Assembly: GCA_964016885.1 (NCBI GenBank) | Contig: OZ024758.1 | Coordinates: forward strand, 33,108,001-33,172,000 | DNA length: 64,000 nucleotides | Reading direction: 5' to 3' | DNA from: Eledone cirrhosa | Lineage: Eukaryota | Shown here: positions 1-12,944 of the stretch, piece after piece | Numbering within the stretch: position 1 is the first letter of the stretch | How the letters are laid out: the number at the start of each line of letters is the position of its first letter | Program-made: the position numbers and the translations under genes | Notes under the pieces: generated by a model | What the model saw: the letters and a program-made list of their open reading frames with translations, nothing else | Database searches by the model: none | Told to the model about the DNA's origin: nothing

Positions 1-360
1 CAAAATATTAAAACTGTACTCAACAGGGTTTGGAGTTTTGTAAATTGCTCACACATAAAATAGTGGGATCAGCTTATATTCAAGTATCATGATCATCATC
101 GTTTAACATCAATTTTTCCATGCTGGCATGGATTAGACAAGATATCCTGTTGTGAGAAATGCTAGGTCAGGTGACCATGTCATGTTAATACAGAACCAAT
201 TTTGGCTTAGTTTGTACAGCTGGATGCTCTTCCTAGAATATATGGTAATTAATCATTTTAGTAAATCCTCCAAAATCTTCATTAATTAATTGAAATATAA
301 TGTATTTCATAAAAAATACAGTCATGAATGGATTAATGAAACCATCACAATCTGGCAGTT

Positions 361-2006
361 TTAACCTTTTAACATTTACATTACTCTATATATACTATTG
401 TATTTTCACAGTAAAGGCTTTACCTCACATAATATCTCACATAACATTTACATTACTCTATATATACTATTGTATTTTCACAGTAAAGGCTTTACCTCAC
501 ATAATATCTCACATAACATTTACATTACTCTATATATACTATTGTATTTTCACAGTAAAGGCTTTACCTCACATAATATCTCACATAACATTTACATTAT
601 TCTATATATACTATTGTATTGTCACAGTAAAGGCTTTACCTCACATAATATCTCACATAACATTTACATTACTCTATATATACTATTATATTTTCACAGT
701 AAAGGCTTTACCTCACATAATATCTCACATAACATTTACATTACTCTATATATACTATTGTATTTTCACAGTAAAGGCTTTACCTCACATAATATCTCAC
801 ATAACATTTACATTACTCTATATATACTATTGTATTTTCACAGTAAAGGCTTTACCCCACATAATATCTCACATAACATTTACATTACTCTATATATACT
901 ATTATATTTTCACAGTAAAGGCTTTACCTCACATAATATCTCACATAACATTTACATTACTCTATATATACTATTGTATTTTCACAGTAAAGGCTTTACC
1001 CCACATAATATCTCACATAACATTTACATTACTCTATATATACTATTATATTTTCACAGTAAAGGCTTTACCTCACATAATATCTCACATAACATTTACA
1101 TTACTCTATATATACTATTATATTTTCACAGTAAAGGCTTTACCTCACATAATATCTCACATAACATTTACATTACTCTATATATACTATTGTATTTTCA
1201 CAGTAAAGGCTTTACCTCACATAATATCTCACATAACATTTACATTACTCTATATATACTATTGTATTTTCACAGTAAAGGCTTTACCTCACATAATATC
1301 TCACATAACATTTACATTACTCTATATATACTATTGTATTTTCACAGTAAAGGCTTTACCCCACATAATATCTCACATAACATTTACATTACTCTATATA
1401 TACTATTATATTTTCACAGTAAAGGCTTTACCTCACATAATATCTCACATAACATTTACATTACTCTATATATACTATTGTATTTTCACAGTAAAGGCTT
1501 TACCTCACATAATATCTCACATAACATTTACATTACTCTATATATACTATTGTATTTTCACAGTAAAGGCTTTACCTCACATAATATCTCACATAACATT
1601 TACATTACTCTATATATACTATTGTATTTTCACAGTAAAGGCTTTACCCCACATAATATCTCACATAACATTTACATTACTCTATATATACTATTGTATT
1701 GTCACAGTAAAGGCTTTACCTCACATAATATCTCACATAACATTTACATTACTCTATATATACTATTGTATTTTCACAGTAAAGGCTTTACCTCACATAA
1801 TATCTCACATAACATTTACATTACTCTATATATACTATTGTATTTTCATGGTAAAGGCTCCCTCACATAACTATCTCACATAATATCGAATCTACGAAAT
1901 TTTCATATTTATTTTGAGAATAATATCTTAACATCAGTATGAGTAGCTAGTTATGGCCACTTTGAATTCTGGCCGGATACGGCCGGTTTAAATGCTAAAG
2001 GGTTAA
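361..2006. mobile_element. piggyBac-like non-autonomous MITE expanded by an internal 72-bp array
   Basis: TTAA at 361-364 and 2003-2006. Ends are CCTTTTAACATTTA and TAAATGCTAAAGGG, an inverted repeat with 2 mismatches. Shorter relatives lie at ~45920-46184, ~50574-50665 and ~53784-53988. Confidence 0.75.
370..1880 (+). repeat. 72-bp minisatellite, ~21 near-identical copies
   Basis: Unit TAACATTTACATTACTCTATATATACTATTGTATTTTCACAGTAAAGGCTTTACCTCACATAATATCTCACA. It explains the 24-aa periodic ORFs 300..1883 and 398..1870. Confidence 0.98.
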
Positions 2007-2769
2007 AACAGGAGGAGGTCATTTTAACAAACTATAATTATCTAGTGGATCTGTAGTAGCTTTTGATTCAGTAATTGTAGAACATAATAGAAGCTGGTAT
2101 TATTCTATCCAGACTATACTACCATATAAGAGCTTGTTATTCCTAGAAAAACCAAAGTCAAGGTAAATTGGAAAGATATCAATTTCTTTTAAATAAGAAA
2201 TAGTATTTAGCATAGTTGTGGAACAAATATAGCATTCATGTTCACTTTTGTCCTCAACTGAGTATTGTTGATCTTTCTCAAGGAAAAAGATGACATCTTG
2301 CCAAACCAGTGAATGTTGATGTCAATATTCATATGTTTTGTGTTTGTTTGTTTTGTGTTTGTTTGTTTTGTGTATGTGTGTGCTTGAGTGCATGTGTGAA
2401 TATGCAAATATGTGTGTGTGCGCATGAGTGAGAATATGTGTGAGAGTGCATGTGTGTGTGCATGAGTGAGAATATGTGTGTGTGTTTTTAGTCCACCTTA
2501 CACAGAATTTCAGATAGCAATCCTGGATATTTTGCCGCAGATTGTTTTGAAAGTCAGTACAGCTAAAACCTGTTCTCAGCCAACTTCACAAGCAAGCACA
2601 AACATGTCTTCAAAGAAAGTGGATAAGTTAGTTTACTCTGGTCCTTTCTTTCCTCTGATCAACTATTCCAAAAATGGGCTCAAAAGGTGTAAAACGTAAC
2701 TTGTTCTGCATTTATGAAATTGATGTTTAGACAAAAATATTGAAGGGGGCTAAAACTGTACACAAAGAT

Positions 2770-3280
2770 TTAACAATTCCAGGCATTAGTCATTTTTTAC
2801 ATTAGCTCCGATATTATGGGCATGTTGTTAGAATGTCTCAGAAAAATGATCACTGGACAGATTTTACAGGCAAAACCAACCAGCAGTTGTTAGTAATGAC
2901 CAAACGAATATGATCGTGAATACAAGTGATCGAAATGGGGATTCCCCTGAAAGTGTCTTTGGAGTAACGTTACTTGATACAGGTAGAGCTGCTACTTCTC
3001 CAAATTGAGAGATCACAGCTCCAATATTACAGATATGTAGTTAGAATGTCTCAGGAAAGAATCGCTGGACAAATTTTATGAGCAAAACCAAACAATAGAC
3101 GCAGGGGTAGACTCCAAGCAAGTTGGTTGGATAATGTCCATGGGCTCAGCTGGTCTCACTTGGGCATCCAGCCGGATCAATTGGAGATGGTTGCTTCAGG
3201 CAGGACCTGCTGGGAGGAGTATTTGCGGACTCTGTCCACACAATCCTCTTGGGAATATGTGGGCAAAGAAGACATTTAGA
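2770..3280 (+). mobile_element. Decayed RTE-clade LINE 3' fragments, partly duplicated
   Basis: Segments ~2800-2880 and ~2985-3100 resemble each other and 52180-52320, which translates as LLLQIERSQLQYYGHVVRM, a typical RTE C-terminal motif. Confidence 0.6.
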
Positions 3281-3569
3281 TGTGCTTGATGGTCAATATT
3301 TCGAAAGAATACTGCAGTTTCAGCTCTTTAAATGGGTCCAAATATGACGTCTGTCAAAAAAGTATCTGATATTAATTTTTTCCTGTGGGAAGTAGTGACA
3401 AAATTGTGCAGAGTGGAGCTGTATACATTCATGCATATGTGAGTTTAAAAACTTACTAAAGCCCTTCTCTTAAACCCTTTAAGTACAGCTATGTTACAAT
3501 GTCTGCCTTAGCTTCTGTGGATGATATAATTCAACCCTTCCTTGTGGAATGGTTGGCAGTAGAGAGAGT

Positions 3570-4035
3570 ATCATCATCTTACATACATTTTTCCATAATT
3601 GCATGGGTTGAACAGTTCTTCTCCAGCACAGCTTCCCTCTACTAGTTGTGTTCCTTTGTCATCTCTTCTGTGAGGTTCAGTATATTGAGATCAGCTCTCA
3701 CCACCTCCACACTCCTTTTTATTGGCCTTCCTCTACTGCAGCTTCCTTCTACTGAGATCCTTTGACATTTCTTCATCCAACAATCATAATCCATACACAT
3801 CTCATGCCCATACCATTACAATCTTCTCTTTCTCATGCACAATGTATCTCATCATAAACATATTGCTCCTATTATTGATAGGGGGTGCATATGTTCATAA
3901 TTTACTGACCAAACAGACTAAATTTACCGACAACAATATTTTAGTGGGTGTAGCTGAACCCCCCAGTACCTCCAGCAATACACCAATGCATCTGATGCCT
4001 CTCATGCTTAGTTTTTCTCTCATCGTTCAAACACA
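3570..4035 (-). mobile_element. Decayed RTE LINE 3' end
   Basis: (CAT)n tail followed by TTCCAT..GCATGGGTTG, as in the other RTE 3' ends. Degenerate C-terminal coding sequence on the minus strand. Confidence 0.55.
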
Positions 4036-4107
4036 CTTCATTACATATCCATAAGAGTATTTGTTCCAACCATTTGTAAAATGCTCAAATATATATATAG
4101 TATATTC

Positions 4108-6285
4108 ATCATCATCATCATTGTTTAACGTCCATATTCCACGCTTGCATGGGTTTGGACGGGAGTTTTCCCACTTGAGGCAAGAGTGGCTGTCTTGCTC
4201 GCATAGGACTGTCTGGCGGGTTTTCTACAGATGGATGCCCTTCCTAACACCAACCACGTTTACAGTGTGGACTGGGAGGTTTTTACCGTGTTACCTACAC
4301 GGCCACATTACAGCGTGGACTGTGTGTTATTTGTCGTGACACCTACACGACCTCATTTGTTTCGGACTGGATGTTGTGGTACCAACATAACTTTACATTG
4401 AAAGGGGTGGTGTGGATGGGTGGGGGCAGTGGGACGGGGTGTATTTTGTTAGAGGTGCCTACTGACTGTAGTAGGTTTTACTTTGTATTTAGGTAAGGCG
4501 GGTCTTCTCTATTACTGTGTAATGCCAAAGATCTCGGTCCAGTGACATTGTCTTGGAGAGGTGTAAGTGTGTGAGGTCGGAATTTATCAAGTCGTCCCAG
4601 GTTTTTCTGGGTCTGCCTACCCCGTGGCTACCGTCTATTTTTATTGCCCTGCACTTTGTTATACAGCTGTCGTCTTTCATGCGCATCACGTGACCATACC
4701 AACGTAGCCTTCTCTCGAGTAAACAACATCTGATCCCTCTTATTTCTAATTTTTCCCTTAGTTCGTTAATGCTTTGCCGTTCACGTATATTACTATTACA
4801 CATCCAGCGGAGCATGCAAGCTTCGTTCCTCTCTAGTCTGCGTATATCCTCTGCACACAATGCCCAGGTCTCACTGCCATGCAACATTGGTGTTCGTATG
4901 CAGGCATCATACAGCCTGCCTTTCATTTTTAGGGAGAACCCTTTAGCGGCTAATAGTGGTATAAGCTCTCTGAACTTTTTCCATCCAGTTCTGACTCTAG
5001 CTACTGTACTCTCAGAGCACCCTCCCTCATTGCTGATTTTGTCACCCAGGTAACGGAAGCTGTCCACTATTTCTATAGAATCCTCTGTGCAATTGAAAGA
5101 GCTAGTATTCTGTGGGCACTTGCTGTTACTTATTGCACCAGAGCACCGGCCACATGTAAAATCTATGTTCTTAGTTAGCTTACTTGTGATCCCACTACAT
5201 CTTTTATGCACCCATACTTTGCTTTTGGGACATAAAATGGAGTTTCTACCTACTCCTTTCCTACACACTGAGCATGGCCATTTCCCGGATGGGACCAGCG
5301 CCCTATTTTCCTTCCTACAAACTAGAACTTTAGTCTTAGACAGGTTAATTTTAAGGCCTTTTGATTCTAGGCCGTGCTTCCATGTTTGGAATTTCTTCTC
5401 TAGTTCGGCCATTGATTCAGCTATGAGCGTTAGATCATCTGCGTATAGGAGTTCCCATGGGCAGCCGGTCTTGAACTCCACTGTTATAGCCTGAAGGGCA
5501 ATAATAAATAGTAGGGGGCTAAGAACGCCAACTTTTACGCTAAACTCTTCACTATATTCGTTGTTAATTCTAACCTTGCTGACTGTTTCTTTATACATGG
5601 CTTGTATAGCTCTCACAAGCCATTCATCAACACCTAGTTTTCTAAGAGCCCACCAGATAATGGAACGGGGGACTCTGTCGAAGGCCTTCTCCAAGTCGAC
5701 GAAAGCTAAGTATAGGGGTTTACTTTTATCTAGGTACTTCTCCTGTAGTTGTCGTACAATGAAAAGAGCGTCTGTGGTACTTTTGCCTGACACAAACCTG
5801 AACTGCATTTCATCTAGATCAATTCTCTCTCTGATTAGTTTCGCTATTACTTTTTCCGTGACCTTCATGACCTGGTCGATTAATTTAATGCCTCTTCTCC
5901 TTTACCCTTGTAACAGTTAATGATGATGTTGCTACGCCAGTCCTTCGGAACAACCCCATTCTGTATGACTTGGTTTACTATCCGGGTGACCATGGTGTGT
6001 CCCACCGTTCTAGAGGCTTTCAGCATTTCAGCAACTATTTCCGAAGGCCCAGCCGCCTTCCCCGTCTTCGTATCTTTGATTGCCTTACTTATTATACTAC
6101 CTTCGACTAACACTGCTGGTCCCTCTATTGGGTCGATGTGGGGGACCTATTTATTCTCCTCATTTAGTAGCCTTTCGTAGTGACACTTCCAAGCTACCTT
6201 CTTATCAGCGTCAGTGATGGCAAGTACACCATCATCAATAAGTACACACTTCTCCCCGACAATATCACGGTTTTCCTTGACACAC
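4108..6285 (-). mobile_element. 5'-truncated RTE-clade LINE (RT pseudogene plus 3' UTR and (ATG)n tail)
   Basis: Minus ORFs 6147..6377 (part), 5880..6113 and 4489..5868 carry RT motifs FVDLEKAFDRVPR and LLYADDL and the C-terminal RLRWYGHVMR...GRPRKTW. Small deletions remove the QGS motif and RGNY, so the copy is inactive. Confidence 0.95.
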
Positions 6286-6595
6286 CCCACCCCACACACA
6301 CCTTTTCCTGAACATGCAACTCTGTTCTTCCTCCAACTCTTACATTCACATACACACACACCCACACTCACGTACACCTACACACACACACCACCTTCAG
6401 CCCTCCCCGCTCGGACACCCCTTCTCCCTCTCCCCACTCCACCCTCCCTACATGCCCCACACCCTTCCACCACCTGTTTTACCCCATTTTAATTTTATTT
6501 TGATCATGCCTTTATTTTTAATTTCATTTGCACCATTTCCTCTCACCCCCTTTTTGCTATATGTCTCTCCACCACTCCCCTACACACACATTTTT

Positions 6596-6632
6596 CACCT
6601 GAAGAAGAGCTTATGCCCGAAACGTCGTTCCC
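6596..6632 (+). ncRNA. Minimal hammerhead ribozyme-like motif (Penelope pLTR type)
   Basis: CTGAAGA-aGAGC ttat GCCC-GAAAC GTC with a palindromic ACGT stem III. AATAAA follows at ~6665, then (TA)n. Stem I is weak. Confidence 0.55.
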
Positions 6633-6717
6633 CACCACCACCCCACTCTCAAGAGCGTGAAATTAATAAACCTTTGTTCGTACTGCCTCTCTGTTTTATG
6701 CCCGTTCAATTTTTCAC

Positions 6718-8855
<2,138 letters not shown>

Positions 8856-8858
<3 letters not shown>

Positions 8859-9900
8859 GGAACAAGTATGACCCCGACGGCAGAGCTCTGCCGTCGGGGT
8901 CATACTTGTTCCTATTACCCACTCTACTACCCTAAGTATTGAGTACTTTGGTGCCTTATGGTCCATCTGGTTCTTTACCACATTTCCTTCGTTATATATA
9001 TATGTACGTATAGCACGGAGTGCATGTGTATATGATTGTATATGATTGGTTATCTAATGACAATCCTATTTCTATATAAACCCTAGACAATCGGGACATA
9101 TGTGGCCGATTGGTCTAGTCTATACGGTTAACATGTGTAGCAACTCTTTGCCAGTTGGTTTTACAGTAACTGAATTAATATTGTGGGGCTTTTGCTGCAG
9201 CTCTATCTTATAGTAACTTATGTATAGCTTGCATTTATGTGTTGCCTATCTATGTGCTTGTGGAACACCCTGGGGCTATGTGATTCAAGTACCTACCAGT
9301 ATACCTTGTATATGTATACCATGAAGGGGATTTTAGTTACTGTGGTCTTTCTGGATGTACCTTAAGAGCATATTAGTGCTTATGTAACTATAAGTTACTG
9401 GGATCCTATTCACTTATATAGGGACCAGCGCTTAAATTCCTCTGGCTTTTTTATGTGCTTAAAACTCTTTCTTTTTTTCTTTTTTCTTTTTTTCTTTTTT
9501 TCTTTTTTTCTTTTTTCACTTCTTTCTCTTTAACATTTTTTTTAAAATCTTCTACCTTTTTATTCACTTTTTATCTCTTTATATTATCTTCCTTTTACTT
9601 TTTTATTATGTTTTAACTATTTGTATTTTTTGCTTTTGTGTGCCATCAATTGTATCTGCATCTTGTGAGATCTGCTTGTGCCCTACCATTTAGCTGTGGT
9701 GCTTAACAACCCCAGCATGTACTCTCTCCTTATTCGCCATCTCCGATCTCCCTATCTTTACCCTCTATTGTATTCCGATTGTTCGTGTGACTAAGCTTGG
9801 TAGAGCTTATACTCAGTACTGTGTTTATTAAGCTCTGATGATACCTACCCAACGGTATGGATGAAACATTTTGAGTATGTAAGTGTTCTTTGGTTTCTTT

Positions 9901-9904
<4 letters not shown>
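8856..9904 (+). mobile_element. Non-coding Penelope-like/retrozyme-like insertion in (TA)n, with a palindromic 5' end and a 3' hammerhead
   Basis: Bounded by (TA)n on both sides. Perfect 60-bp palindrome at 8856-8915 and a hammerhead motif at 9831-9885. Confidence 0.6.
9831..9885 (+). ncRNA. Type I hammerhead ribozyme-like motif
   Basis: gct-CTGATGA-[..TACC caac GGTA..]-GAAAC-AT..AT-GTA-agt. Same layout as 21925-21971. Confidence 0.65.
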
Positions 9905-9939
<35 letters not shown>

Positions 9940-10264
9940 TACATTACATATATATATATATATATATATACAGTACATTACATATATATATATATATATA
10001 TACATATATCACCTTGATCACCTTGACCGACCAGTCTGTCGGCCGCCATTCGGCACCGCTGGTCACAGCACGTGCTGTTTTAGCCATATGATGAGGCCAT
10101 CCCACTGGCTGGGCGTGCAGGCCGTAATTCTAAAGTCTGTATTCGTTTTTTCCCGTTCTTCGCCAGGGAACGTTTCCACGAACCAAAGTATCGTCTTCCT
10201 GTCTTCCTCCGGTTGCAACGTTTTTTTGAAATATCCACTTCTGCGTTTACAGATTGACTTTGTT

Positions 10265-10315
10265 AGTTTCAGAAGATCCCGTTAAGGGTGAAAGCAGCGA
10301 TTCTTTGCTTAAACT
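10265..10315 (+). ncRNA. Variant hammerhead motif (CAGAAGA core)
   Basis: AGTTT-CAGAAGA-TCCC gttaa GGGT-GAAA-GCAG..TTGC-TT-AAACT. An inverted copy lies at 10392-10442 and a further copy at ~49967-50012. Confidence 0.55.
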
Positions 10316-10466
10316 TTAATCTGTTATTTTAATAAATATATATATATATATATAAATAAATATATATATATTTATTAAAATAACAGATTAAAGTTTAAGC
10401 AAAGAATCGTTGCTTTCACCCTTAACAGGATCTTCTGAAACTAACAAAGTCAATCTGTAAACGCAG

Positions 10467-10493
<27 letters not shown>

Positions 10494-10497
<4 letters not shown>

Positions 10498-10610
10498 GTT
10501 TCTACTTTTGGCACAAGGCCAGCAAATACCCAGTACATTACTGGTACTTTATTTTATCGACCTCATAAGGATGAAAGGCAAAGTTAACCTCGGCGGAATT
10601 TGAACTCAGA
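10494..10610 (-). mobile_element. tRNA-derived SINE family A, 5'-truncated
   Basis: Reverse complement of GAGTTCAAATTCCGCCGAGGTTAACTTTGCCTTTCATCCTT...AAATAAAGTACCAG, shared with about 10 other copies in the window. Confidence 0.85.
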
Positions 10611-10652
10611 TATAATGTACTTTATATATATATATATATATATATATAATGT

Positions 10653-10692
<40 letters not shown>

Positions 10693-10756
10693 ACTTTATA
10701 TATATATATATATATATAATGTACTTTATATATATATATATATATATAAAGTACAT

Positions 10757-10788
<32 letters not shown>

Positions 10789-10824
10789 ACATTATATATA
10801 TATATATATATATATATAAAGTAC

Positions 10825-10882
<58 letters not shown>

Positions 10883-10884
10883 GC

Positions 10885-10922
<38 letters not shown>

Positions 10923-10994
10923 ACATTATATATATATATATATATAAAGTACATTATATATATATATAAAGTACATTATATCTGAGTTCAAATT
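10597..10994. repeat. Fold-back AATGTACTTT(AT)n array
   Basis: Units switch orientation near 10740. The ends AATTTGAACTCAGA and TCTGAGTTCAAATT are inverted copies. Confidence 0.85.
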
Positions 10995-11000
10995 ATATAT

Positions 11001-11460
11001 CATCATCATCATCATCATCATCATCAGGTTTAGCGTCCGTGTTCCACGCTTGCATGGGTTTGGACGGGGGTTTTCCCACTTGAGGCAAGAGTGGTTGTCT
11101 TGCTCGCATAGGACTGTCTGGCGGGTTTTCTACAGTTGGATGCCCTTCCTAACACCAACCACATTTACAGTGTGGGGCTGGGAGGTTTTTACCGTGTTGC
11201 CTACACGGCCACATTACAGCGTGGACTGTCTGGCGGGTTTTCTACAGCTGGATGCCCTTCCTAACACCAACCACATTTACAGTGTGGGGCTGGGAGGTTT
11301 TTACCGTGTTGCCTACACGGCCACATTTACAGCGTGGACTGTGTGTTTTTTGTCGTGACACCTACACGATCTCATTTGTTTCGGCCTGGATGTTGTGGGA
11401 CCAACATAACTTTACATTGAAAGGGGTGGTGTGGAGGTGGTGGGACGGGGGTGTGTTTTG
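11001..11460 (-). mobile_element. RTE LINE 3' UTR-only copy with an internal duplication
   Basis: Closely matches 4108-4450. (CAT)n tail and a duplicated ~110-bp segment. Confidence 0.9.
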
Positions 11461-11473
11461 ATATATATATAAT

Positions 11474-11521
<48 letters not shown>

Positions 11522-11667
11522 GTACTATATATATATATATATATATATAATGTACTATATATATATAATGTACTATATATATATATAATGTACTATATTT
11601 ATATATGTATATATAATGTACTATATATATATATATAATGTACTATATTTATATATGTATATATAAT

Positions 11668-11704
<37 letters not shown>

Positions 11705-12684
11705 ATTCCCGTCCCACCCTTGCAAGCAGGGAAAAGCGGACGTAAAATGAAATCATCATCATCAATCATCATATATATATATAGTCCATTATATATATAT
11801 ATATATGTTTATCTAATTAGATTCCTGTTTAGTGTGTAAGGGATTATTTAGTGTGTGTGTATGTCAGCATGTGTGTATATGTGTAATAGATTAAAAGAGA
11901 GTGTGTGTAAGAGTATGTGAGTGAGAGAGAGACAGAGAGAATGAAATAGAAAATGAAAGAGAGAGGGAGGGATTGAGTGAGTGAGAAGAAAAAGACAGAA
12001 AGAAAGAGAGCTTGCTAACTTTCAACAGTAATAATGTGATTGTAGGTTTTGTCCATTCCACTGAAGTATTTCTGTGTAACTAGGAGTGTGTAAAGTGTTT
12101 TCAAAAGCTTAACCTGATTTCTTTGCTTGTTAATACTATACCATATCCTGGTATTTCTTCATTGTTTACTTCACCTAATACTTGAAAATAAACTAAATAG
12201 AAATATTACTTTTGTCATAACTTTGTCACTGAACTTATGTTCAACACTTACTATTCAGATTAAATTTTAAAAAATGTTTAAAATAAATAGGGGCAAGTTA
12301 GCTATTTATATGTGTAAAATATTGATATATATATGAATTTAGCCATTTAATTTCTTAAATAATTTGGCTTATTCTTTGAGGGTGTGTAACTGTGTGCTTG
12401 TTTGTGAAAGGAAATTTATTTTAGTACTTTTTATTAAAAAATTTTCTAGTTACACTTCTTAAATAAATCCTTTTGAAGTAACCCTTATTCTATTCATTAT
12501 ATTTTATTGATGTTAAAACCAATAGACATGAAACAGCAGTGGAAATACAGTTTTCTTGGTTCAATTTTATAGACAGCCCCTTTCCTTCATTTTGTTTTTC
12601 TTTTATTTTTATTGTTTTTATGAAACAACCACCTCAAAAAAAAAGTAGAGATAAAAAAATCAGCTCCCCAAAATATCCCCTAAT

Positions 12685-12890
12685 AATGGTTTCTGATTTA
12701 GGCACAAGGCCAACAATTTTGGGAGGGAAAAGTCAATTAAATCAACACCAGTGTGTTACAGGTACTTTATTTTATTGACCTCATAAGGATAAGAGGCAAA
12801 GTTAACCTTGACAGCATTTGAAGTCAGAACTTAAAGGGACGTAACTCTATGTCACAATGCATGTTGTGACAATCCCCTCGCCTTATTCAG
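12685..12890 (-). mobile_element. SINE family A copy
   Basis: Same core and 3' end (GGCACAAGGCCA...AGGCAAAGTTAACCT). Confidence 0.8.
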
Positions 12891-12944
12891 TAATAACAAA
12901 AACATTTTTTTATGCTTCCTCAATTGTTTCACAAATGTATTCAG

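Noticed and set aside
300-1883. 527-aa and 490-aa ORFs
   Set aside because: They are translations of a stop-free 72-bp tandem repeat inside a MITE, with no evidence of coding function.
2466-2699. 77-aa ORF or exon
   Set aside because: No recognisable motif and no convincing splice donor.
4489-5868. Functional or domesticated reverse transcriptase
   Set aside because: 5'-truncated, lacking the endonuclease, and missing the conserved QG motif that the relative at ~30275 retains.
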